This document shows positions 45,306 through 52,673 of a stretch of 52,673 nucleotides of DNA, in pieces. Position 1 is the stretch's first letter; every line of letters starts with the position of its first letter. The notes under the pieces were generated by a model, which ran no database searches, was not told the DNA's origin, and saw only the letters and a program-made list of their open reading frames with translations. Source of the DNA: Ilumatobacteraceae bacterium (GTDB lineage Bacteria > Actinomycetota > Acidimicrobiia > Acidimicrobiales > Ilumatobacteraceae). Both the position numbers and the translations under genes were made by a program. The DNA lies in the NCBI GenBank assembly GCA_041686315.1, contig JAWLEC010000001.1, positions 1 to 52,673 of the forward strand, written 5' to 3'.

Positions 45306-46697
45306 TCAGATGAGGGCGTCGGCGAGCACGGCGGGGAACTCGTCGGGGGTGGTGGACAGCACCGTGGCACCCAGTTCGGCGAGTGCGGCGGCGTGGTCGT
45401 GGTCGTGGCTGGGCGTGCCCTCGTCGCTGAGCGCCAGCAGCACCACCACCGTGACACCGCCGGCCACCAGCTCGGCCACCCGTCGGCGCATGAGGTCGGC
45501 GTTGCCGCCCTCGAAGAGGTCGCTCACCAGGAACAGCACGCTCTCGCGCGGCCGTTCGATCAGCGACTGGCAGTAGCCGAGTGCCGCTGCGATGTCGGTG
45601 CCTCCGCCGAGTTGCACCCCGAACAGCACCTCGACCGGATCGTGGAGATACGCCGTCAGGTCGGTCACCGAGGTGTCGAATGCCACGAACGACGTCCGCA
45701 AGGCCGGCAACTGGGCGAGCACGCCCCCGAACAGCGAGGCGTACACGACGCTGTCGGCCATCGACCCCGACTGGTCGACGGCGATCACCACGTCACGGGC
45801 CAGGCTGCGCTGGCGCCGGCCATGGCCCACCAGCCGCTCGGGGATCACGGTGCGGTGCTCGGGGATCCAGTGCCGGAGGTTGGCGGTGATCGTGGTGGGC
45901 CAGTCGATGTCGCCGGGACGGGGCCGGCGGGTGCGCGCCGACCGGGCCAGCGCCCCGCGCACGGCCTGGCGGGTGTGGTCGGTGAGCCGGGCCTCGAGGT
46001 CGGCGAGCACCCTGGCGATCACCTGGCGGGCGGTGGCCCGGGTCTCGTCGGGAAGATGCCGGTTGAGTTCCACCAGCAGGGTGACCAGGTGCACGTCGGG
46101 TTCCACCGCCTGCAGCAGCTCGGGTTCGAGCAGCAACTGACGGAGGTCGAGCCGGTCGACGGCGTCGCGCTGGAGGATCTGCACCATCGGTGTCGGGAAG
46201 TAGCGGCGGATGTCGCCGAGCCAGCGCACCACCCCGGGTCGCGACCTCCCGAGCCCACCGGATCGGCTGCCCGCCCCACGGCGCACCGACTCACGGTCGT
46301 AGAGCGCGCCCAGCGCCGCATCGATCCGCACGTCGTCGCCGGTCAGCCTCCCCCCGATGCGGTCGCCGCCACCGGGTCGTGAATCGTTGCGCCGCCCGGC
46401 ACCCCCACCGTCGCCCGGACCGCCGTCACCCTCGGATCGTCCGCTTCCGTCGGCACCATCACCGGCGCCATCACCAGCGCCGTCACCGCCGGCAGCGCCA
46501 CCTTCACCGGCATCCTCTCCTCCGGCAGGGCCGTCACCACCGCCCGCACCCGGCTCGGCGCCTGTCGCGTCGTTCCCGGCGCCGCTGTCGAGTGGGTCGT
46601 CGGTGTCGAGTTCGGCCGCCGCACCCAGCACCAGGCGCCACCGGCGCAGCCGTTCACCCTCCGACACGCGCAGCGCCGTCGGTTCCACCGGGCTCAT
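45306..46697 (-). CDS. VWA-domain protein with Gly/Asp/Ala-rich N-terminal region
   Basis: 463 aa. The MIDAS residues are DQSGSM, GGGTD and SDLFEGG. The start overlaps the upstream stop (ATGA). Confidence 0.85.
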   Translation of the reverse strand: MSPVEPTALRVSEGERLRRWRLVLGAAAELDTDDPLDSGAGNDATGAEPGAGGGDGPAGGEDAGEGGAAGGDGAGDGAGDGADGSGRSEGDGGPGDGGGAGRRNDSRPGGGDRIGGRLTGDDVRIDAALGALYDRESVRRGAGSRSGGLGRSRPGVVRWLGDIRRYFPTPMVQILQRDAVDRLDLRQLLLEPELLQAVEPDVHLVTLLVELNRHLPDETRATARQVIARVLADLEARLTDHTRQAVRGALARSARTRRPRPGDIDWPTTITANLRHWIPEHRTVIPERLVGHGRRQRSLARDVVIAVDQSGSMADSVVYASLFGGVLAQLPALRTSFVAFDTSVTDLTAYLHDPVEVLFGVQLGGGTDIAAALGYCQSLIERPRESVLFLVSDLFEGGNADLMRRRVAELVAGGVTVVVLLALSDEGTPSHDHDHAAALAELGATVLSTTPDEFPAVLADALI

Positions 46698-48967
46698 CGC
46701 ACCTCCACTCGCCGGGTCGACGGGCGTCTCGCCGGATCAGCCGCCGCCGTGCGGCCCGGATCAGCCGCCACCTCGGGCAGGCCCAGCATCGCCCGGACCG
46801 TTGCCAGCGCCTGCGCCGCCCGGACGGGGTCCACCTCCGGCCCGAAACCCTCCCGGCGCGGCACACCCCGACCGGCCAACAGCGACATCAGCTGCCGCCG
46901 CTCGGCCGGCTCGAATGCCCCGAACGTGCGTCGCAGGAGCACCAGCACGGCGTCGAAGTCGTCGGTGGTGAGGCCGGCGAGCCAGCCGTCGAACACGTCG
47001 AGCAGCTCCGCGTCGTGCACCAGCACGGTGCCCGAGCCGGCGACGAAGCCCTCGACGAACGCCGCTCCATGGCCGGGCGGGGTGCCGCCCGACAGGGCGC
47101 GACCGACCCGCCCGCGCACACGAGATGCCGGCCACTGACCGGCATCGTGCAGCAGCCGCGTGGCGCGACCCTCCACCAGGCCGTGGCCGCCGTGTTCGGC
47201 GAGACGGCCGAGCACCGCCGGGTACCCGCGGCGCCGTTCGGGATGGTCGAGCGTGGCGAGTGCCCCCTGGAAGCCGGTGAGCCGCTCCACCATCGCCTCG
47301 GCGGCGTCGTCGTCGAACGAGGCGCACGCCGCCGGCAGTGCCGCCAGGACGCGGGCCACCAGGCCGTCGAACACGGCGCGCAACGACGGCACGTCGGTGC
47401 CGCGCACGTCGCCGTACCGCAGCGCGTGGGCCAGGGGGACGGCGGCGTCGAGCAGGTGGCCCACGTCGGTGTCGACGGCGGCACGGTCGCCGAGACGGCG
47501 GATGCACGGTTCGACGGCGTCGGGCAGTGCGGCGAGCAGCGCCGTGTCGAGCACGGCCACCAGCTCGGTGAGGCCGGCCGCACCGTCGGCACGCTCGACG
47601 AGCCGGGCGGTGGCCGCAGCGACGACGGTGGTGCCGTACCCGGCGCGCTCGACGATGCGCACCGACAGTTCGGGCTCCCAGCGCAGGCTCCAGGTCTCCC
47701 GGAACGTGCCCGACGACCCGCGGCCTTCGGTGAGGCTGCCCCAGCCGATGCCCAACGCCACCAGGCGGTGGAGGAGGTGCGACTTGCGAAGCCCGGTGGG
47801 TGTGCGGAGATCGACCTCGAGCGTGACCGCTCCGGCGGTGGGACGCAGGCGCGCCGACCGCTGCGCGGCCGCCACGTCGCGGGCGAGGGGCACCTGCGGC
47901 GCCGACGACGGCACCCTGCCCAGTGCGTCGCCCACCACCAGCTCGTGGCGGACAAGATCGAGGCTGCCCATCACGGCGTCGGCGGCGTCGAGCACCTCCG
48001 CCAGTCCGGCACGTGGGCGGCCCCTCATCGCCGCCAGCGAGTCGGCGAGGCGGGTGCCGGCGATCAGGTGGTCGGGCGACGCCGCCCCGCCGTTGTCGCG
48101 CACGACCTGTGCCGCGTGCACGAAGAAGCGTGAGACGCCGTCGGGGCCGGGATGGGCGAACACGTGCCGGTACCAGCCGGGGCTGTCGACGCCCGCGCCG
48201 TACCCGGACGCAGCGGTGAGCCGACGGTGCGTCCAGGGCACCCAGGCCACCGACACCTTCATCTTCGGGAGCTTGCGCAGCAGCGCGTTGTCGGCGGCGG
48301 CGGTGGTGGCACCGACGTCGAGCGCAGGGACGTGCCACGCACCGCAGACCACGGCGACGGTGCCGGCGCCGTCCTTCACGGCGGCGCGGATCGCCCGTCG
48401 CATGTGTGCTTCCCGGCGACGCTCGCCGAGGGTGGGCACGAACCCCTCGCGGGCGGCGGCCATGGCGTCGGCGACGGCGTCGAAGGCGGGTGCCCCGTCG
48501 CCGCGGTGCTCGATGACGTCCTCCCACCACCGCTCGGGGTCGGGATCGCCCGCTGCCGCTGCCAGCTCACGGATCGGGTCGGGGGGCGACGCCTCCGCGA
48601 GCAGCTCGGCAGCGCCGTCGCTGCCATCCCGGCCGCCATCGACGTGCGGGGCGGCGAGCGTGTGGGCGAGCGGGAGGTCGATGGCCCGCACCGGCACGTC
48701 GTGTGCGTTGGCCCAGGCAACGGCCTGCCATTCGGGACTGAAGTCGGCGAACGGAGCGAACGCCGCCCGGGCGGGCTCGGCCACCACCCAGCCGAGCAGC
48801 GACACCGGCGGCACGAGATCGGGGTCACCGATCCAGCCGAGCGCCGACTGCACGTCGGCGGGCACCTCCACCAGCACCACGTCGGGTCGCAGTTCGTCGA
48901 GCGATCGGAGCACCGAACGCGCCGACCCGGGCCCGTGGTGACGGATCCCGAGCAGATGGGTCGTCAT
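46694..48967 (-). CDS. large uncharacterised protein (DUF5682-like)
   Basis: Start at Met21 of ORF 46694..49027, giving 757 aa. The N-terminus is LLGIRHHGPGSARSVLRSLDELRPDVVLVEVP. The family name is from memory and should be confirmed by HMM. Confidence 0.7.
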   Translation of the reverse strand: MTTHLLGIRHHGPGSARSVLRSLDELRPDVVLVEVPADVQSALGWIGDPDLVPPVSLLGWVVAEPARAAFAPFADFSPEWQAVAWANAHDVPVRAIDLPLAHTLAAPHVDGGRDGSDGAAELLAEASPPDPIRELAAAAGDPDPERWWEDVIEHRGDGAPAFDAVADAMAAAREGFVPTLGERRREAHMRRAIRAAVKDGAGTVAVVCGAWHVPALDVGATTAAADNALLRKLPKMKVSVAWVPWTHRRLTAASGYGAGVDSPGWYRHVFAHPGPDGVSRFFVHAAQVVRDNGGAASPDHLIAGTRLADSLAAMRGRPRAGLAEVLDAADAVMGSLDLVRHELVVGDALGRVPSSAPQVPLARDVAAAQRSARLRPTAGAVTLEVDLRTPTGLRKSHLLHRLVALGIGWGSLTEGRGSSGTFRETWSLRWEPELSVRIVERAGYGTTVVAAATARLVERADGAAGLTELVAVLDTALLAALPDAVEPCIRRLGDRAAVDTDVGHLLDAAVPLAHALRYGDVRGTDVPSLRAVFDGLVARVLAALPAACASFDDDAAEAMVERLTGFQGALATLDHPERRRGYPAVLGRLAEHGGHGLVEGRATRLLHDAGQWPASRVRGRVGRALSGGTPPGHGAAFVEGFVAGSGTVLVHDAELLDVFDGWLAGLTTDDFDAVLVLLRRTFGAFEPAERRQLMSLLAGRGVPRREGFGPEVDPVRAAQALATVRAMLGLPEVAADPGRTAAADPARRPSTRRVEVR

Positions 48968-48977
48968 GGCGCGTCCA

Positions 48978-50111
48978 TCACGAGTCGAGGACGCGGCAGG
49001 CCTCGTAGAAGTCGCTCCATCCCGCACGGTCGCGGGCCACCGTCTCGAGGTACTCCCGCCAGGCGACGGCGTCGTGCACCGGATCGCTCACCACGGCGCC
49101 GACGATGCCCGCGGCGACGTCGCCGGCCGCCAGCTCGCCGTCACCGAAGTGTGCTGCGAGCGCCAGGCCGTTGGTGATCACCGAGATCGCCTCGGCCGTG
49201 GAGAGCGTGCCGGTGGGCACCTTGAGGCTGCGCTGGTCGTCGGCAGTGACACCCGAGCGCAGCTCGCGGAACACCGTGACGACCCGGCGGATCTCGTCGG
49301 CGGCGGCAGGCACCTCGGGCAACGACAGCGCCACGCCGAGTTCGGCGACGCGGCGGCTGACGATGTCGATCTCCTCGTCGATGGTGGCCGGCAGCGGCAG
49401 CACGACGGTGTTGAAGCGGCGGCGGAGCGCACTCGACAGGTCGTTCACGCCACGGTCGCGGTCGTTGGCGGTGGCGATCACGTTGAAGCCGCGGATCGCC
49501 GCGATCTCGGTGTCGAGTTCGGGTACCGGCAGCACCTTCTCCGACAGCACGGTGACGAGTACGTCCTGCACCTCGGGCGGCATCCGGGTGAGCTCCTCCA
49601 CGCGCACGAGGGCGCCGCGCTGCATCCCCCGGTACACGGGGCCTGGGACGAGCGCCTCGATGCTCGGCCCCTCGGCGAGGAGGCGGGCGTAGTTCCACCC
49701 GTACCGCAGCGTCTCCTCGGTGGTGCCGGCGGTGCCCTGCACGAGCAGCGTGGAGTCGCCGCTGATGGCGGCGGCGAGGTGCTCGCTCACCCAGGTCTTG
49801 GCGGTGCCCGGCACGCCCAGCAGCAGCAGGGCGCGGTCGGTGGCGAGGGTGGCCACGGCGATCTCCACCAGCCGTTGCCGGCCCACGTACTTCGGCACGA
49901 TCACGGTGCCGTCGCTCAGCTCACCGCCGAGCAGGTACCGCACGACCGCCCACGGTGACAGCTTCCAGCCGGGCGGCCGCTCGCGGTCGTCGAGGGCGTC
50001 GAGCGCCGCCAGCTCGTGGGCGTACTGGTGCTCGGCGTGTGGTCGCAGGACGTCGCCGGGCACCGGCGGCAGGACGGTCATCGCCATGACGTTACCGAGG
50101 GCGTGTCGCAC
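48978..50111 (-). CDS. AAA+ ATPase, MoxR/AAA_5-like
   Basis: 377 aa. Walker A is GVPGTAKT, the Walker B-like motif is ALVRVEELTR and the sensor-1 region is FNVIATANDRD. The start is GTG 50111, with alternatives ATG 50087 and 50081. Confidence 0.85.
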   Translation of the reverse strand: MRHALGNVMAMTVLPPVPGDVLRPHAEHQYAHELAALDALDDRERPPGWKLSPWAVVRYLLGGELSDGTVIVPKYVGRQRLVEIAVATLATDRALLLLGVPGTAKTWVSEHLAAAISGDSTLLVQGTAGTTEETLRYGWNYARLLAEGPSIEALVPGPVYRGMQRGALVRVEELTRMPPEVQDVLVTVLSEKVLPVPELDTEIAAIRGFNVIATANDRDRGVNDLSSALRRRFNTVVLPLPATIDEEIDIVSRRVAELGVALSLPEVPAAADEIRRVVTVFRELRSGVTADDQRSLKVPTGTLSTAEAISVITNGLALAAHFGDGELAAGDVAAGIVGAVVSDPVHDAVAWREYLETVARDRAGWSDFYEACRVLDS

Positions 50112-50112
50112 C

Positions 50113-50154
50113 CACCGATGAGCGACGGGACAGACGTGTCGGCCGCTCGCTCAT
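50113..50154 (+). repeat. 42-bp direct repeat, copy 1 (contains internal inverted repeat GATGAGCGA...TCGCTCATC)
   Basis: caccgatgagcgacgggacagacgtgtcggccgctcgctcat. It matches the copy 62 bp downstream at 39 of 42 positions. Confidence 0.85.
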
Positions 50155-50174
50155 CGCATGCCCACACAGGCCCA

Positions 50175-50216
50175 CACCGATGAGCGACGGGACAGACGTG
50201 CTGGCCGTTCGCTCAT
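50175..50216 (+). repeat. 42-bp direct repeat, copy 2
   Basis: caccgatgagcgacgggacagacgtgctggccgttcgctcat. It contains the ATG of ORF 50180..50377. Confidence 0.85.
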
Positions 50217-50377
50217 GGCAGGGTGGATCGAGCACCTGGTCGGTCGCACTCGCCGAGCCAGTCTCACTTCCGGGCCCGGATCAGGTGATCGTGGTGCACT
50301 TCGACAGCCACGAGCTGGACTTCGACTACATGGTGTCCCGCGCCACGCCGGTGCTGGACAGCATCGAGTTCGTGTGA
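50180..50377 (+). CDS. small hypothetical protein (65 aa)
   Basis: From the ORF track only (MSDGTDVLAVRSWQGG...). Its first 7 codons are duplicated in repeat copy 1. No family was recognised. Confidence 0.3.
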   Translation: MSDGTDVLAVRSWQGGSSTWSVALAEPVSLPGPDQVIVVHFDSHELDFDYMVSRATPVLDSIEFV

Positions 50378-50446
50378 CCCCGAGAGCGAGCGCCACCCGG
50401 CCCTCCGACGACCATTCCGTAGCATGCCTAGCTAGCATCCCGTGCT

Positions 50447-50656
50447 ATGGCCACGACCCGGACGACGTTCAGTCTCGATGAGGCGCTCGCCGAACAGGCT
50501 CGCAGGCTCGGCGTCAACGTCTCGGCCGCTGCCCGTGAGGGAGTTGCTGCCGCGGTACGCGCAGCCATGGCTCGAAGCGACCGGGAGGCCTACGTCGACA
50601 GGCCCGAGTCTCCCGACGACGTCTGGGTCGAAGCCGAGGCGTGGGGTGCCGAGTGA
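50447..50656 (+). CDS. type II antitoxin, ribbon-helix-helix (MazE/CopG-like)
   Basis: 69 aa. TTFSLDEALAEQARRLGVNVSAAAREGV is an RHH pattern. The stop overlaps the toxin start (GTGA). Confidence 0.75.
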   Translation: MATTRTTFSLDEALAEQARRLGVNVSAAAREGVAAAVRAAMARSDREAYVDRPESPDDVWVEAEAWGAE

Positions 50657-50964
50657 ACCGCGGCGAGGTCTACTGGCTGGCAGAGGTCGGACGCAAACGC
50701 CGCCCCGTCCTGGTGCTGACACGTACGGAGGTGCTCGACGTCCGATTTCTCGTGACCGTTGCCGAGATCACCGCATCGGCGCGCGGACTCGCAGCGGAAG
50801 TCGACTTCGACCACGTCTCGGTGGGGCTCGAGCGAGGATCCGTCGTGAACTGCGACAGCCTGCACACGGTGGCCCAGTCCACCCTGACCGCACACGTCGG
50901 TGACGTCGACGACGACACCATGCGACGCGTGTGCTCCGCAATCGGCTACGCGCTCGGATGCTGA
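50653..50964 (+). CDS. mazF: MazF/PemK-family endoribonuclease toxin
   Basis: GTG 50653. RGEVYWL......RPVLVLTR.....VTVAEITAS.RGL..EV......SVVNCDSLHTV parallels mycobacterial MazF toxins. Confidence 0.85.
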   Translation: MNRGEVYWLAEVGRKRRPVLVLTRTEVLDVRFLVTVAEITASARGLAAEVDFDHVSVGLERGSVVNCDSLHTVAQSTLTAHVGDVDDDTMRRVCSAIGYALGC

Positions 50965-51021
50965 AGCGTCGCCCCGGCATCAGGACGGCCAATCGGTATC
51001 ACTCAGTTCGCGGTTCGGGTC

Positions 51022-51453
51022 TCACGCGAGCGTGGCTGGAGCGACGGCGAGGCCGACCGCAGCGGCGCCGGCGTGCAGGCGCTTGTCCCACACTGCGACG
51101 GTGAGATCCGTCGGGCCGAGTGCGAGCGCACTTGCGAGATGAACCGCGTCCGCCCCGCGGAGCTGATGTGTTGCTGCGAGCGACCCCGCAGCTCGCTCGA
51201 CGTCGGCAGACAACTCGACCGGGCGCATCGATGCCCAGAACTGCTCCCAGTCGGACACAGCCGCCGACGCCTCGGGCTCGGTGAGATCGTGGTTGCGGAC
51301 GGCGGCGGCGAGGGCCGCGCAGACCTCGGGATGGGCCAGCCGACTCGACAGCGCCACATCGCACGCGTTCCACAACGCTGCGGCGATGTCTGACCCGACC
51401 TCGTCGAGCACGAGCTTGACGAGCGCGCTCGAATCGAAATAGACGAGGGCCAC
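51022..51453 (-). CDS. vapC: PIN-domain toxin VapC
   Basis: 143 aa. The N-terminal VYFDSSALVKL and the later ADAVHLASAL provide PIN acidic residues. Confidence 0.85.
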   Translation of the reverse strand: MALVYFDSSALVKLVLDEVGSDIAAALWNACDVALSSRLAHPEVCAALAAAVRNHDLTEPEASAAVSDWEQFWASMRPVELSADVERAAGSLAATHQLRGADAVHLASALALGPTDLTVAVWDKRLHAGAAAVGLAVAPATLA

Positions 51454-51455
51454 GT

Positions 51456-51719
51456 TCAGCGACGCTGCTCGCTGACGATCTCTGCAACCGGTCGTTTCGG
51501 CGTCGGCCGTCGCCGGTCACCGGCGACCGGCCGGGTCGAGCGCGTCGGCCGACTGATGACGCCCTGGGCGGTGAGCCGGTCGATGGCCGATGTCGAGTCG
51601 AGGGCGACGATTCGGGCGACCGGAGTCCCTCGATCGGTGATCACGATCTCGTTGCCCTCGCGTGCTGCGTCGATCCACCGGCCGAGGTGAGCTCTGAGTT
51701 CGGTGACTGCGACGTCCAT
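51456..51719 (-). CDS. Phd/YefM-family antitoxin
   Basis: 87-aa tail of ORF 51456..52400 from MDVAVTELRAHLGRWIDAAREGNEIVITDRGTPVARIV. There are 2 nt between its stop and the vapC start. Confidence 0.8.
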   Translation of the reverse strand: MDVAVTELRAHLGRWIDAAREGNEIVITDRGTPVARIVALDSTSAIDRLTAQGVISRPTRSTRPVAGDRRRPTPKRPVAEIVSEQRR

Positions 51720-51728
51720 TCCCCCAAG

Positions 51729-51758
51729 TGTACATGACGCCACGGCCCGATATGTACA
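51729..51758. promoter_or_regulatory. candidate operator: two TGTACA palindromes 24 bp apart upstream of phd-vapC
   Basis: gTGTACAtgacgccacggcccgataTGTACAga lies 10-39 nt upstream of the antitoxin start, in a locally A/T-richer stretch. Confidence 0.4.
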
Positions 51759-51829
51759 GATTGCCGCCCGCTGTCCCGATTCGCGTCGAGCGCACCGACA
51801 CTCCGAGATGACCGAACTGCGTGACGAAT

Positions 51830-52673
51830 TCAGGCCCAACCGAGTTCGTCGAGCATCCGCCGGCGGGTGGTGGCGAGGTCGGCGAGCACGCTGGCGAGGC
51901 CGTAGCCGGGGGAATCGGCGGGTACGGCGTCGAGTGCCTCGGCGATCGCCGGCAGGCCGTCGGGTCGGCAGCGGGCGATCAGGTTCACCAGCACGCCGCG
52001 GTGGGCATGGACGAGCTGCCCGGCATCGATGGCTCGGGCCAGGGCGGGGCCCGTCTCGGTGCCGGGAGCCGTCAGCATCGGCTGGAGGTCGGCCGGGATC
52101 GCCAGCTCGGGCAGCTCGCCGACGTGTTCGAGTGCCGCAGCGAGGTCGGCGGGCCGGGCGTGGGGACCACGCGGCGCCAGCGCGGGGACGTGCCCGGTCA
52201 ACCACTCGGCGAGTGGCCCGCACGCAAGTTCGGTACGCGCCCGGCGGATCGGATCGCTGCGGTGGCGAGCGAGCAACGGGGGGACCAGTTCGGGGGCGAC
52301 GCGCCAACCGTTGGCGAGCAGGGTCAGCACCCACTCGTCCTCGAGCACCGGCCACGACGCCACCAGGTGGTGCCAACGGTCGACGGCGGCGGGCACGCAC
52401 ACCGCACGACCGTCGGCGGGCGGCTGGGCCAGGCGCGGTCGTGGTGGCGCCGGCATCACGCCGGCACGCCGGACGGCGACGGTGGCGGCGACCTGGGCGA
52501 GCATCCGTTCCGACGGCGTCGGCCGCAGCGTGTCGTCGACCAGATCCGCGACGGGATCGGGCGGTCGCGGCGGGTCACGTCGGTCGGTGCCGAGCATGGC
52601 GGTGGCGACCAGCGCCTCCCAGTGGTCGGCGACGGTGCCCGACGGAGTCGCCCCCTCCCGCCGGTCGCCGGTC
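51830..52673 (-). CDS. 3' part of a large uncharacterised gene (DUF5691-like), running off the right edge
   Basis: ORF 51830..52597, and the same frame stays open to 52673 (own translation ...TGDRREGATPSGTVADHWEALVATAMLGTDRR...). The family assignment is from memory of the SWIM/DUF5691/AAA/DUF5682/VWA neighbourhood. Confidence 0.5.
   Translation of the reverse strand, partial: TGDRREGATPSGTVADHWEALVATAMLGTDRRDPPRPPDPVADLVDDTLRPTPSERMLAQVAATVAVRRAGVMPAPPRPRLAQPPADGRAVCVPAAVDRWHHLVASWPVLEDEWVLTLLANGWRVAPELVPPLLARHRSDPIRRARTELACGPLAEWLTGHVPALAPRGPHARPADLAAALEHVGELPELAIPADLQPMLTAPGTETGPALARAIDAGQLVHAHRGVLVNLIARCRPDGLPAIAEALDAVPADSPGYGLASVLADLATTRRRMLDELGWA

Noticed and set aside
50113-50180. The 21-codon ORF starting in repeat copy 1 (MSDGTDVSAARSSHAHTGPHR) as a leader peptide.
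   Set aside because: There is no supporting SD or conservation evidence. It is more simply explained as a duplicated 5' fragment of ORF 50180..50377.

Overview
High-GC (actinobacterial-type) chromosomal segment with about 50 protein-coding genes. By eye I found no rRNA, tRNA, CRISPR array, transposase or integrase. All family names below come from motif recognition and memory, not searches. I computed no GC values or statistics.

Most of the window is housekeeping or metabolic:
- pirin, nitroreductase, ThrH, an acyl-CoA mutase catalytic subunit, RidA, a class II aldolase and two EamA exporters
- rhodanese-MoeB, a sirtuin, prfC, a sulfatase and pepA
- an AapJQMP-type amino-acid ABC importer, YceI, a heterodimeric ABC exporter pair and an MFS transporter
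- malic enzyme, two NUDIX hydrolases and an enolase-superfamily enzyme

Items worth a second look:
1. An ArsC-family reductase gene has an in-frame TGA exactly at the catalytic-cysteine codon, followed by a SECIS-like hairpin. It is either a candidate selenoprotein or a fresh pseudogene. It heads an operon with the ABC exporter pair.
2. A tightly coupled AAA+(MoxR-like) / large uncharacterised protein / VWA operon has no function known to me. It resembles the DUF5691-AAA-DUF5682-VWA neighbourhood.
3. That operon is interrupted by a 1.7 kb island carrying MazEF and Phd-VapC toxin-antitoxin modules and a duplicated 42-bp element.
4. The SOS mutasome is split into imuA'-imuB and dnaE2, each with its own LexA box. 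A NUDIX gene and an OmpR-type response regulator lacking the phospho-acceptor Asp lie between them.
5. At least three families of dispersed palindromic intergenic elements are present, one with compensatory arm changes.
6. There is a decay junction: a STAND NTPase whose cyclase domain is truncated and frameshifted abuts a truncated YiiX-like peptidase fragment.
7. The signal peptide of the amino-acid binding protein shows an apparent 1-nt frame problem.
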